A DNA stretch of 64,000 bases from Octopus vulgaris (lineage: Eukaryota): positions 6,262,001-6,326,000 of the forward strand of contig OX597842.1 in the NCBI GenBank assembly GCA_951406725.2, given 5' to 3'. Positions within the stretch are counted from its first letter, which is position 1. Every line of letters begins with the position of its first letter. Below, one piece after another: positions 12,205-24,748 of this stretch. The notes beneath the pieces are model-generated. The model had not been told where the DNA came from, ran no database searches, and saw only the letters and a program-made list of their open reading frames with translations. The position numbers and the translations under genes were made by a program.

Positions 12205-12642
12205 TGTAGTGATGCCAGGTTTTAGACGCCATTTTGGGATGTTCATCTGCGCATGTGCAATGATTAGTGTCTTCCGGTAGATCTTCCGGAAGTCCCCTTA
12301 TGCGCATGCGCAGTTAGGTTTTCCCGCTATGCGGTCTCTTAGCTTTCGGCTGTCGACGAATTCAGACGTTACCAGACAAAACTCCGAGCGGAGGCGAACG
12401 AGACTTGACGGGCTGTGAAGACTGTTCGCAACGGTTGTGATTTAAACCGACTCTGCTGCTTCCGACCCCTGGCGTTCACGCTACCCAGGTCCAGAGATGA
12501 AATGTTTATTTCGGTGAAAGTAAACTATTATTGTTATTTGTTCGGAGATTCGTGTTCCTGCTATTTTTCCTTTCTACAACACTGTAGGGAAAATGTGTGA
12601 GGCACCCAACCAGTGCAAATATCACACATAAAGAATCCGACA
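12205..12642 (+). mobile_element. Solo LTR (probably Gypsy-type), 438 bp
   Basis: TGTAG...CGACA termini, 4-bp TSD AGTT (12201-12204 and 12643-12646), ATAAAG near the 3' end; the empty site is restored in related repeat copies. Confidence 0.7.
12227..12327. promoter_or_regulatory. YY1/NRF1/ETS/E2F motif cluster inside the solo LTR
   Basis: CGCCATTTT 12227, TGCGCATGTGCA 12248, CTTCCGG 12271, CTTCCGGAAGT 12283, TGCGCATGCGCA 12301, TTTTCCCGC 12319; locally CpG-rich. Confidence 0.6.
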
Positions 12643-13654
12643 AGTTCTAACACAAGGTTATTAGTATCGCGATGCCCAAGCGAAATATTGCTTTAAATTT
12701 TGCCACAACGAAAGCAAGTTTGGGGGTGGGGGTAAGTCGGTTACTCCGAAAGGAAGAAAGGTAAAATCGACATCAGCGGAATTTGAACTGAGAACGCGAA
12801 GACGGATGAAATGCCGCTAAGCATTTTGCCCGGCGCGCTAACGATTCTGCCAGCTCACCGCCTTACCTAAGCAAAATATTAAAATACAAGATCTGCCCGC
12901 CAGAAGAGTTCCAACTATTAGTGTACACACACACACACACATACACACACACCACGGGTTTCTTTTAGTTCCCGTCTACCAACTCCACTCACGGGGCTTT
13001 GATCTGCATGAGGCTATAGTAGAAGACACTTGACCAAGGTGACACGCAGTGGAACTGAACACAGAACCAATGTGATTGGGAAGCAAACTTTTGACCACGC
13101 AGCCACTCCTGTGGCTTAAATCATAAATCACACAATGATTTATGTTTTAAGCTCAAGTCTAATAAATATGTGGGGAAGAGGACAAATTGATAACATGATC
13201 CTGGTACAATTGCTAGTTCAGTTTAGCTATCTGAGATGCTGAAAGACAAAGCTACATGAAAAAAAAGCGAGCATGATACATTACTCATTTTTAACTACAA
13301 AATGCGGGGGTGGCATTACATTTGAGATTGTTTTGCATTCGAGAAAATTCGGTAGATCGAAGATGCCTTAAAATTTCTGATAAAATAAATTGCCTCGAAT
13401 ATATTGTTATGTAAGCAACAACTTGTTCGGTAGCACTAATGGGAAATGGCTGCAGATTTGCCAAGGTGCTAAAAAATTCTTTTCCATAACATTTACAAAC
13501 TAGATTTTATCTTCTGACGTGAAAACGGTGAATCTAGTTGCGTTGACGATACTATGGACACTGCTCGGACTCGAAAGGTCGACCGGTATGAACGAGGAAT
13601 GGGAAGACTCGGGCTAGAAAGCAGAGCATTATCCATATGAAGTGAAATTCTTTT

Positions 13655-14035
13655 ATTCTTTTTTTTTTCTTTTACTTGTTTCAGTCTTAAAGGATTATAG
13701 TCGAAGAAATCGGCCCCAGGACTTATTCTTTGTAAGCGTAGCACTTATTCTATCGGTCTCTTTTGCCGAACCGCTAATTTATGGGGATATCAGCATCAGT
13801 TGTCAAGCTATGGTGGGGGGGGGGGGGGGGCAAACACTCACACACACACACACACACACATACACAAACATACCACGGGTTTCTTTCAGTTTCCATCTAC
13901 CAAATCCACTTACAAGGCTTTGGTCAGCTCGAAGCCATAATAGAAGACACTTTTCCAAGGTGCTACGCGGAGAGACTGAGCCTAGAACCATGTGGTTGAG
14001 AAGAGAGCTTCTTACCACACATCCACACCTGCCTT
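13655..14035 (-). mobile_element. SINE family A
   Basis: Colinear with 8700-9090. Confidence 0.8.
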
Positions 14036-14479
14036 TGGAAACAGTATTAATTGTTGCCAGGTCAACATAGGGCAAATACTATAATGAGCGATATCCAAAG
14101 GCAAACCACTGGGTGTGGTTAAAAAGAGATGATGACAAGAAGCATTGGCTAGAAGGTTATCGAGTGAAGCCTAGTAGTCAAGCATTCTAGCAAGTGGCGC
14201 CTCATGTCAGTGAGGCGAGCCAGGTAACTTTTGTGTCTGGTAAGTTGCTTGTAAATAATGGTTCGAATAGTAATAGGTCGTAGTACCTGACGGAGCATCG
14301 TTTAGAGTGGACAGGAGAGTCCCGTGGTTGTAAGGTCGTATACAGTCACTCGATTTGTAAAAGAAGTACAACGTTTGAGGAGAAATCCTCAGAAAGGAAT
14401 ACAGGCATACCTCGTTTTACGTAACCCCGATTTGCGAAACCTCATCTTTACGAATTGTAGATGAAAAACGAAAAAACTG

Positions 14480-14508
14480 GTTACCATGGCAACGAGCGTC
14501 ACTTCCGG
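14480..14508. promoter_or_regulatory. RFX X-box plus ETS motif upstream of the Tigger transposase
   Basis: GTTACCATGGCAAC 14480-14493; CGTCACTTCCGG 14497-14508. Confidence 0.45.
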
Positions 14509-14689
14509 TCTGGCAACACCTGTTACCTCGAGCGAACGCCTGCAACTGCTTTTTGGATTTGAAGTGTGTCAGTGCCCACCCGACTTCCCTCACGTTAGCC
14601 CGCGTCTTATATTCCTTTATTGCACTATCTTTTTAAAATTCTTTACGCATCTTTATTATTTTTTAATAATCTTGTGAAAGAATTCTGAG

Positions 14690-16420
14690 ATGCAAAACAA
14701 GGATAAGAAGAAACGTAAAGCAATTACTTTAGAAATAAAATACGAATTGATTAAACAACACGAAAAGGTGCAACTGTTAAAGATTTGTCAAAAATAAAAA
14801 TTGATATGGCTCCTTCATCTGTTTGTATCATCTTGAAGTAAAAGGAAGATTATTTCGATAAAGTTAAAGGCAGTCATTCTCTAAATTCAACTTGGTTACG
14901 AAGAAAAGATAATGAAAGTTTAATTTCACGCGCAGAAAACCTTTTGACAGCTTGGATTAACAATCAAATTCATAGGCTTCGTATGCCACTTTGTCAGGCT
15001 ATAATTTGCAGTAAAGCAATTTCCTCCTTTTTTAACTCGCTTAAGGGTGCATCAGATGAGTCAAATGAAACATGTGTTGTGAGTAATGGTTGGTTCGATC
15101 GTTTCAAAAAACGAGCAAATCTACACAATGTGAAGCTCCAAGGAGAATCGTCTGGTGCAGATCAAAAAACTGCAGAAACTTTTCCTCGCCAATTAGAAGA
15201 TTTGGTTGGAGAAGAAGGCTTTATACCGTCTCAAATATTTAATGAGCATGAAACGGGCTTATTTTGGAAACGAATGCCTTCAAAGACTGTTATTGCGAGA
15301 GAAGAATCTTCAATGCCAGGATTCAAAGCTGCAAAAGATAGGATGATATTGCTTCTGGGAGGAAATTGTGAAGGGGACTGCAAACTCAAACCCATGCTTA
15401 TTTAACAATCTGAAAACTTCCGTGCTTTAAAAGGAATTGATAAGATGAAACTTCCTGTAATCTGTAACAAAAAAGCTTGGGTGACAGGAACTCTATCTGA
15501 AGATTGGTTTTCTGATCACTTTGTTCTCAAAGTAGAAAAATATTGTAAGGATAAAAAAAATTCCTTTCGCGATTCTTTTGAATGCCCCGTCATGCTGCAT
15601 TTTAAAGCATCACCATCAAAATATTAATGTTGTTTTTTACCCTCAATACAACATTTATCGTTTAAATCTTACAATCTTCATTTCACCTTTGGAAGATTCA
15701 ACGAAGTGGCTGATAAAGAAAATGGTCCTATGATTCAAGAATTTTGGAAGAGTTTCAACATCCTTGATGCAATAAAATTTACGAAGAAAGCATAGGATAA
15801 AATTATCGTAAAAAATATGAAAGGAATTTGGAAAAATCTCTGCCCCAAATTAAATGACGGTTTTGAAGGATTTGATTATCTTCGAGAAGGTCTTCAAAAA
15901 GAAACTGACGAAATCATAAATATTGCAAAGGAAATGAACTTTGAAATTCCACCTGAAGATGTTAACAAAGCTCTTTGGGTTGACAATGATAATATCACAA
16001 ATGACGACTTGCTATAAATGGCGGAGGAGGAGGAGGAGGAGGAGGAGGAGAAGAAGAAGAAGAAGAAGAAGAAGAAGAAGAAGAAGAAGAAGAAGGAGGA
16101 GGAGGAGGAGGAGGAGAAGAAGAAGAAGAAGAAGAAGAAGAAGAAGAAGAAGAAGAAGAAGAAGAAGAAGAAGAAGAAGAAGAAGAAAGATGCTTTTCTG
16201 CAAAAAAGCTAAATGCAGCATTTCTTCACATCGAGAAAGCTAATGGATTCTTTAAGCAGCAAGATAGCGATTTTGAAAGAAGCTCAATCTAATGCGAGGT
16301 CGTGCTTGTTATTGAGAAATCTATCGTGAAATGAAGCAGAAATCTTTTCAACAAACAACTTTAGATCATTTTTTAACGAAGAAAACTAAAGCAGACCAAC
16401 CAACAAAACAAGAAGAAACT
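14690..16420 (+). pseudogene. Tigger transposase pseudogene (CENP-B-type HTH and DDE_1)
   Basis: KRKAITLEIK, SNGWFDRFKKR, QIFNEHETGLFWKRMP, GFKAAKDR, KKAWVT; many stops and frameshifts. Confidence 0.85.
16021..16188. repeat. (GAG)n(AAG)n compound trinucleotide repeat
   Basis: Two GAG/AAG blocks within the acidic C-terminal region of the transposase. Confidence 0.95.
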
Positions 16421-16549
16421 CAATAAATGGAATTCACATGCACTCAAGAGGCCCTGGTGACGACAGACCTGACGGATACGAATTAAATTTCATGAGATGA
16501 ATTTTGTTTGTTTTATATGTTTTTCTATTTTTTTCATTCTGTACTCTTT

Positions 16550-16745
16550 TTAATTATTTGTTTCAGTCATTTGACTGCGGCCATGTCTTTAGTCGAACAA
16601 ATCGACCCCGGGACTTATTCTTTGTAAGCCTAGTACTTTTTCTATCGGTCTCTTTTACCGAACAGCTAAGTTACGGGGACGTAAACACACCAGCATCGGT
16701 TGTCGAGTGATGGTGGGGGGACAAACACAAACACACAAACATATG

Positions 16746-16786
<41 letters not shown>

Positions 16787-16946
16787 ATATACGACGGGCT
16801 TCCTTCAGTTTCCGTTTACCAAATCCACTCACAAGGCTTTGGTCGGCCCGAGGCTATAGTAGAAGACACTTGCCGCAAATTGTCATTCAGTGGGACTAAA
16901 CCCGGAACCATGTGGTTGGTAGGCAAGCAGCTTATCACACAGCCAC
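16550..16946 (-). mobile_element. SINE family A
   Basis: Colinear with 8700-9090. Confidence 0.8.
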
Positions 16947-17503
16947 TAGTGATGGCGACGTTATGCCTCCATTCATCTTCCCACGCAGACTCACACTCAA
17001 CACAGAAACCTACATTAAGTGCCTGGAGGAGGTAGTGCTACTTTGGGTCAAGAGGATGGCTGCTGGAAGACTCTATGTCTGGCAACGGGACTCTGCACTA
17101 TGTTACACAAACAGGAGAACCCAGGCAGACAATTTCTGCGACCACGTAACCCCTAACTGGCCACCTAGCTCCCCAGCCTGCAACCCCTCGATTATTATGT
17201 GTGGGGCACAGTTGAGTGAGAGACCATCAAAACTCCTTGTAACACCAAAGATGAACTGAAGGCTAGGATTAGAGCAGCATTCACCAACTTAAACAAGGAG
17301 ACCGTTCAGAAGAGTTGCAGAAGATTCCGAAGTCATCTGGAGGCCATAGTTGAAGCCACAGGCGATTCTATTGAATAAATTTACTCTTTAGTATTTCAAG
17401 ATATTTTTATGTAATTTTGGTAAATATATCTGTTAAAACGAAATGTCAGTGTTATTTTCATTTTTGCGTAACTTAGACGACTACTTATTCACCATACCGT
17501 GTA
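16947..17503 (+). mobile_element. 3' half of a maT-like (Tc1/mariner superfamily) transposon
   Basis: SDGDVMPPFIFP...YIKCLEEVVL...YVWQRDSA...WPPSSP catalytic-domain remnant. Confidence 0.75.
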
Positions 17504-17522
17504 CAATATATACGTACGTACA

Positions 17523-17604
<82 letters not shown>

Positions 17605-17613
17605 TAAATATAA

Positions 17614-17687
<74 letters not shown>

Positions 17688-18224
17688 GTGTATGCATATG
17701 ATCTTTTATTTCTTTCAACCATTGGACTACGGCCATGCTGGGGTACCGCTTTAACGAGTACAGCCGAACGAATCGACCCCGGTACTTAATTATTAAAGCC
17801 TTGCATTTATTCTTATCGGTCTTTGCCTGAACCGTAAAATTTCGGGGCCACAAACAAACCAACACCGGTTATCAAGCGGTTGGGAAGCAAACCTCTTACC
17901 ACACAGTAATGGCTACGATTTACACACACACACACACACACATTAAAACAGGAATGAGAAGGCAAACGATTCGGCAAGACTTGACAAGGACGTTTAATTC
18001 AGCTATATAATAAAAAATTATACATTTGTTTTCATTTGTTTTGATTTCTGTTTTAATCTATACTTCCTTACTCAAGGGCAAGCCACTTCTTGCCGCTTTG
18101 GAAAGGCGGTCACAAAATCACGTTCAACTGCAATTCAAACTGGAATGTTAGTGGCATACTCAGAGTGCATACCTATTAGTTTGAGTCACCTTGACGAAAA
18201 CCCCTCATGTCTTTTATATATATA

Positions 18225-18590
18225 CTAGCAGTATCGCCCGGCGTTGCTCAGGTTTGTAAGGGAAATAACTATAAAGCATTTTTAGAGAGTTATAGCCAAA
18301 AAATAGCAAAAAAATGATGGTAAATTTTTTTTTGAGATTTAAAAAAGGTAGAGTTGCGTCCCCTAGACAATTTGTGGTTCGTATTCCTGATTCTCGACCC
18401 CATGTCGAATTTATCGATTTTTTTCAGAACTGGGGGAACTTTTCAAAATTTTCGCTGCGTTTGTTTTGAATTATGACATTGGGCTATGTGTGTGTCAAAT
18501 TTCATCAGAATCGGTTGAAAGCCGTGGTCAGGGTGAGGGTACAAGCAAACAGACACACAGAAACACGCACAGACAAACTGCCGTTTATAT

Positions 18591-18595
<5 letters not shown>
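18225..18595 (-). mobile_element. Non-autonomous Helitron-type element
   Basis: Minus strand begins A|TC, ends CTAG|T, has the GC-rich subterminal hairpin CCTGAGCAACGCCGGG and a GTCT-type repeat near the 5' end. Confidence 0.7.
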
Positions 18596-18621
<26 letters not shown>

Positions 18622-18622
<1 letters not shown>

Positions 18623-18920
18623 TACCGTGACCGACCAGGCTATCAGATGTTGCTACACATCGCTGGTCACAATGTGCTTCGCATTGTTTTTGCCATCAAA
18701 TGATGCCACCCCACCGGCTAAGCAAGCTGGCCAACAGAAGAAAGAATGAGAGAAAGATGTGGCGAAAGAGTACAGCAGGGATCGCCACCACCCACTCCTG
18801 GAGCCTCGTGGAGCTTTAGGTGTTTTCGCTCAATAAACACTCACAACGACAGGTCTGGGGATCGAAACCGCGATTCTACGACGGCGAGTCCGCTGCCCTG
18901 ACCACTGGGCCATTGCGCCT

Positions 18921-18924
<4 letters not shown>
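18622..18924 (-). mobile_element. SINE family D (alternative tail)
   Basis: Same head as 10553, same tail as 54040-54340. Confidence 0.85.
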
Positions 18925-19015
<91 letters not shown>

Positions 19016-19023
19016 TATATATA

Positions 19024-20232
19024 CAGGATACGTGAGATATTTGAGGACAGATTTATGTTTATAAAAATACGGATACATAATAACAGATAATGACTTTATT
19101 TATCAGAAAATGCTATGAGGATAAAAATAAACCTTCTTTTCTATAATCTTATACAATAAAGCCAACTTCAGCTTCAACAACTGCTTCTATATGAAATCTA
19201 CATGGTCGAATATAGTGGTCCTGGTTCATTTCGTGGAATCTTTAGTGTTATGGGCGTGTTCATTGACCTCTCTGTCAACAACGCTCCACATGTAATATTC
19301 CAAAGAATTGGGATCTGGGGAATTAGGAGGTCAAATGTTAGGGATTATGTGATAATGAAAATTTTCAGCCATCCATTCCTTTGTTACTAGAGCCATGTGT
19401 GACAGTGCAGAGTCTTACAGAAATATATATCCAGAGCTTAACAATTATTTCCAGGACTTCAAAGGAGGCGGCAGAATTAACTCTAAGGCCTTGTGGGAAA
19501 AAGTAAGGAGACATCACATGTCCTTCATTACTGACAACCCTTAAAACCATGACAGTTGCAGGAAACTTTGTATACGTAACTTCAGAAGGATATGCACATA
19601 ACCATCTGTCATTTCTTCTCTTAACAAAAGTTTAAAAAAAGAAATCTTGGTCAGAGTTTTTCTCGTTTAAGAAAAACCAAATCAAATTTTCTTCTGCTGG
19701 CTTTTTCAATTTGTTTAAGAGCTTTTTTAGACCTGATGTAGTGATTTTCTTTTGCTCTTTCTGACAAATTGACCTTTCCTCATCATATAAGACTTATATC
19801 TGATGTCTTCATGGACAACATTTCTCGCTATTGCTTCTGACACATGAAAGATCTTTTTGCAATTGACCTCATGGAATCTCTAGCATTTTAATCAATGGTA
19901 TGTTGAACTTGCTGGATAAATTCAGGTGTTCTGATGATTTCAGAGCATTTAGAATGCTTTTTATGCTTTGATACTAGTGATACGTTTCAATATTCAGTCT
20001 CTAGTTCCTTACAAAATTTGTAGACGAAAGATCTGGTAACTTTTAAAACTCGAGATATTTCTAAATCACTATGCTCAGCCTTTATAACCACAATAACAGG
20101 ACATCTCTCCATTTCTTGAGTAAGCTGAGAGTCTGCCATTATTATTTTCTGAAACAAAGATTATACAGAGTTAGCAAACAATGCAGCAATGACCCAAAAA
20201 AAGATATGTCCTCAAGTACCTTATGCTCCTTG
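19024..20232 (-). mobile_element. Decayed, near full-length maT-like transposon
   Basis: Degenerate TIRs (CAGGATACGTGAGATATTTGAGGACA / TGTCCTCAAGTACCTTATGCTCCTTG) with TA flanks; VVSNEGHVMSPYFFPQGLRVNS. Confidence 0.7.
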
Positions 20233-20239
20233 TATATAT

Positions 20240-20416
20240 TCTTTTATTCTTTTAATTGTTTCAGTAATTTTACTGAGGCCATACTGGAGCACCGCCTTTA
20301 GTCGAACAAATCAACCACACGACTTACTCTTTGTAAGCCTAGTACTTATTCAATCGGTGTTTTTTGCCGAACCGCTAAGTTACGGGGACGTAAACGCACC
20401 AACATCACACACACAC

Positions 20417-20455
<39 letters not shown>

Positions 20456-20602
20456 TGATATATATACGACGGGCTTCTTTCAGTTTCCGTCTACCAAATC
20501 CACTCACAAGGCTTTGTTCGGCCCGAGATGCCATGCAGTGGGACTGAACCGGAACCATGTGGTTGGTAAGCAAGCTATTTACCACACAGCCACGCCTGCA
20601 CC
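20240..20602 (-). mobile_element. SINE family A (internal deletions)
   Basis: Colinear with 8700-9090. Confidence 0.8.
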
Positions 20603-20634
20603 CTAACGAGTAACAAAGATGCACAGGTGTCAAT

Positions 20635-20717
20635 TCATTGCGGCCGTTTCAAGCGACTCCTTTAATTGATTAATGAAAGCATTACATCATTGCAAAGAAG
20701 CCGTTTTCGTCAGATGA
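20635..20717 (-). ncRNA. Type I hammerhead-like motif (U16.1 mutated to C)
   Basis: tcat CTGACGA aaacggcttcttt...aaaggagtcgctt GAAA cggccg CA atga. Confidence 0.6.
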
Positions 20718-21074
20718 CTGCATAGACTTCGAACACAAAGGATATATTCGTATCACCAACAGAGCTCAAATATGTACATTGATTCTGCTACTATATCTTT
20801 TATATAAAATATTTTTGTATTTTTATATAAAATACATATCTGAGCAACCAAAAGCGGATCTCTTCACTAAGTTGGGTCGTGATATCTCCATACACTGCAA
20901 GAATATCAAATGCAAACACTTCTGCACAGAGTTTGATATTCACCTGATATTGTTTGGGTGTGCAAATTAAATCGACTTAAGATGCCTCAATTTGAGTACC
21001 TAATTCGACCGCGTGTGTATCGTTGGCGATTTTCTTCCTCCATCTTCCCTTCCTTGGACTTTTCCTTTTTCTGT

Positions 21075-21109
21075 GTTTCTGACGAAGAGCTCCGCTCGAA
21101 ACGTTAAAT
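21075..21109 (+). ncRNA. Minimal hammerhead-like motif in a PLE-like terminus
   Basis: ttt CTGACGA a gagc tcc gctc GAAA cg TT aaa; related decayed copies near 45860 and 52840. Confidence 0.55.
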
Positions 21110-21269
21110 CAGCCTTCTTTCTTTCCTTTCCTAAGCTATAAATTATACATACATACATACATACATACATACATACATACATACACACATACATACATAC
21201 ACACATACATACATACACACATACATACATACATACATACATACATACATACATACATACATACATACA

Positions 21270-21880
21270 TACATACATGCATGCATATATAGATATGTGT
21301 GTGTGTGTGTGTGTAATGAATGAGGGAAGCAGAAAATGGATTTCGCAAGAATCTTTATTCAGCACAAAGACATCATACCTAGGTAATTATTTGGACCTTG
21401 TCATTCACAGTTACGATATAATTGTTACTGGATCTACTTCAGGGACTCCGCAGTGTTCGTTGCGTTTATAATGAATGAGGGAAACGGAAAGATTTAGCAA
21501 GAATCATTATTCAGTAACCCTTATAGGTTGGATGTAGTACATCTAGTTGTGCTGCATATTTCACTACACATGGGATGGAATGATTTTGGGGTTACTCCAT
21601 CCTATGCCAGTGTAATCAATACACTACGGGCAACAACATGCCAAGCGAATCTCAGTATAATTAGTAGCGTATCTTATTTGCATCACACATCTGGCGAGAC
21701 ACAACCTGCATTGATGGATGCAACACAAGCTGTACAATATCCCACCCGTAAGGGACAGATGCAGGATGGGTCGAAACGACCGTTGTGCTGAATAAAGATT
21801 CTTGCGAAATCCATTTTCTGTTTCCCTCATTCATTACACACACACACACACACACATATCTATATATGCATGCATGCATG
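21270..21880. mobile_element. PLE-like pseudo-LTR with inverted terminal duplication
   Basis: 21270-21367 is nearly the reverse complement of 21782-21880; hammerhead-like CTGGCGA gac...gtc GAAA cgaccg TT at 21691-21784 followed by AATAAA. Confidence 0.6.
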
Positions 21881-21962
21881 TGTATGTATGTATGTATGTA
21901 TGCATGTATGTATGTATGTATGTATGTATGTATGTATAATTATGTATGTATATATATATATG

Positions 21963-22121
<159 letters not shown>

Positions 22122-22446
22122 CGGGCATTTTTCAGTCTTTCCGTCTACCCAATCCACTCAAAAGGCTTTGGTTAGAATGAGGCTATAGTAGAAGACACTT
22201 GCTGAAGGTACCTCGTAGTGGGACTGAACCTGGAAAACATGTGATTGGGAAGGAAGCTTCTTACCACACTACCACGCCTGCGTATACATACATACATACA
22301 TACATACATACATACATACATACATACATGCATACATACATACATGCATACATACATACATACTTGCATGCATGCATACATACATACATACATACATACA
22401 TACATACATACATACATACATACATACATACATACATACATACATA

Positions 22447-23340
22447 CGTGGTGGTATCAAAAAGGTTCCCGGACTAGTTCTGTAGCGCGCCAACGATGGA
22501 TGCGGGCGTAATGAGAGCTACCAGTGACCATCACGAGGCCATGTGCCAAGTGACATCACTGGGTTTACTTTGCAAGTTGTGAAATTTATGTTTTTGTGAT
22601 CACACATATTGTATAGTCTGTGATTTTGCATGGACAAGAAATTGGAACAAAGAGCCAACGTGAAATTGTACGTTAAACTTCGGAAATCTGCTACACAGAC
22701 ATTGAGCATGCTTCGGTAAGCTTACGGCGAAGAGGCAATGGGTCGTACACAATGTTTCGAGTGGCACGGACGCTTCAAAAGCGGAAGAACAGTTGACGAC
22801 CGATCTGGAAGATCTTCCACATGCGTCACCCCCGAAAATGTGGAGAAAATTCATGAGGTTGTGCATGAGGATCGTCGGCGGACAATCAACAACATTGCTG
22901 GTGATGTTGATCTTATTGCATGGGTCCGTGTAGGCAACTTCAATGTCGGCGAAGAATTGAATTCCTTACGACGACAGTACACCCTGTCACCGAGCTCTCC
23001 TCACTCGTGAGTCTCTCGTCAAAAACAAGCTATGGCTTCTGCACTCGGCCTATTCCACAGATTTTGCACCTGCAGACTTTCATCTCTTCTCCAAGACGAA
23101 AAAGATGCTCGAAGGTCGTCGTTTTAACACCGTTGACGAGATAGAGAGCAAATTGCAGAAGGTTCTCGACTTGCTTACGGAAAACGACCTCCAGGCCGGA
23201 TTCCAAAAGTGACAGGAATGCTGGGATAGGTGTATTGCTGCGCATGGTGAGTATTTCGAAGGAACTGATGTTAAAACTGAGGTAAATAAGTTATTTTTTA
23301 TTAAACATAACCAGTTCGGAAACTTTTTGAGAGCACTTCC
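22447..23340 (+). mobile_element. Internally deleted mariner element
   Basis: EQRANVK...AYGEEAMGRTQCFEWHGRFKSGR, decayed YSPDLAP-like motif, degenerate TIRs with TA flanks. Confidence 0.8.
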
Positions 23341-24299
23341 TACATACAAAAATACACACACACACACATCCATCCATCAATCCATACATACATACATACA
23401 TACATAAATAAATAAATACATACGTACGTACATACATGCATACATACATAGAGTCGTACGTACGTAAATACATACATACACACATACATAAATACATACA
23501 TACATACGTACGTACATACATACATACATACATACATACACACGTACGTACGAATGCACTCGCTTCAGCATAGTTTCAGTCCAGCAAACTCACTCGCCAA
23601 GCAACGGTCGACCGGGGGTTATAATAAAAAGACGCTTGCTCAAGGTGCCGCGCAAAGGAACTGAATGCGAAATCGCGAGGCTCTAAAGTGAAGTCGTTAA
23701 CCACACAACCGTACACCACGCGTGCGGTTGTGTGCGCGTGTACAAATTGTATGGTAAGAATTTCATAAACCCTGCAGATACAGCGTGTTGCGTCATTTAA
23801 ACGATGATGATAACTTTATTACATTTCTCTATTCTATGGCTTTCAGTTTTGTTTTTCCTGACGATATCAGCATATCACACACACACACACATACACACAC
23901 ACACACGCACACACACACATACACATACACACACACTCACAGAAACAAACACACCACACGCACTCAAACACGCTCGTGTGCATGGTAGGGATATGAGAGA
24001 AGCGAGCTGTGTGATATGATATGATATATTGGGCGTAGGAGGTGAGTGTTTTCTAGATGCAGACGATACTGTGTGTGCGATGTGTGATACAACTCTGAAC
24101 AATGGTTGTGTGTTGACGCCGACGATATCAGATGAAGTCGATATCGATATTATTAGCTCCTTTCCACACGCAAACCGCCCCGCCACCCCCACCCCCTAGC
24201 GACAGCTGAAGGCAAAATATCACAGATCTTTGTGATTTGGTGTTGCAGTTTGTGTAGGATGTATTAAACAGGGAATCGTGGGATAAAAAACCATTTATC

Positions 24300-24676
24300 A
24301 TGTGGTGGTGATCTTGTGCACTGAAGGCTGGTGGCGGCGGCGGCGGTGGTAGTCGTACAGCTGAAAGTGGTGGTAGTTGTGGTGGTGGGGAAGTCGTGGT
24401 GGTGACGGTTGTGGCGGCGGCTGCGGCGGTTGTTGTGGGGTAGTGGTGGTGGTGGTGGTGGTGAAGGCATTTGTGGTGGTGGGGGTAGTCGCGGTGGCGG
24501 TTGTGATGTTGGAGGTGGTGGTGGTGGTATTGGCGGCGGCGGTGGTGATGGCTGTGATGGTGGTGGTGGTGGTGGTGGTGATGGAAGAGTGCGAATGCGT
24601 GGGAGTATGTGTGTGAGGGGTACTGTCAGGGGAAAGGGGTAACAAGAAAGCGGGAGTGAGGTGAGATAGAGGTGAA

Positions 24677-24748
<72 letters not shown>

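Larger units (their letters stand above)
12030..12690 (+). mobile_element. Penelope-like terminal repeat fragment split by a solo LTR
   Basis: TTATAGCAGAAACTGTTGTAAGCTAATG...ATATTCAGTT|CTAACACAAGGTTATTAG matches 50260-50430 once 12205-12646 is removed. Confidence 0.6.
14402..16545 (+). mobile_element. Tigger/pogo DNA transposon, 3' TIR not seen
   Basis: TA followed by CAGGCATACCTCGTTTTA (Tigger1-like TIR), then a decayed transposase. Confidence 0.85.

Noticed and set aside
12140-12233. Minus-strand AAAATGGCG start as a possible first coding exon (MASKTWHH...)
   Set aside because: It crosses the solo-LTR boundary into a PLE-like repeat, so it is better explained as a YY1 motif
13500-13640. 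CpG-containing unique stretch as a possible exon
   Set aside because: Short frames with no recognisable protein and weak splice signals
23990-24240. Possible exon (TTTTCTAG acceptor, DADDTVCAMCD...)
   Set aside because: No homology recognised and no partner exons; cannot be supported without RNA data
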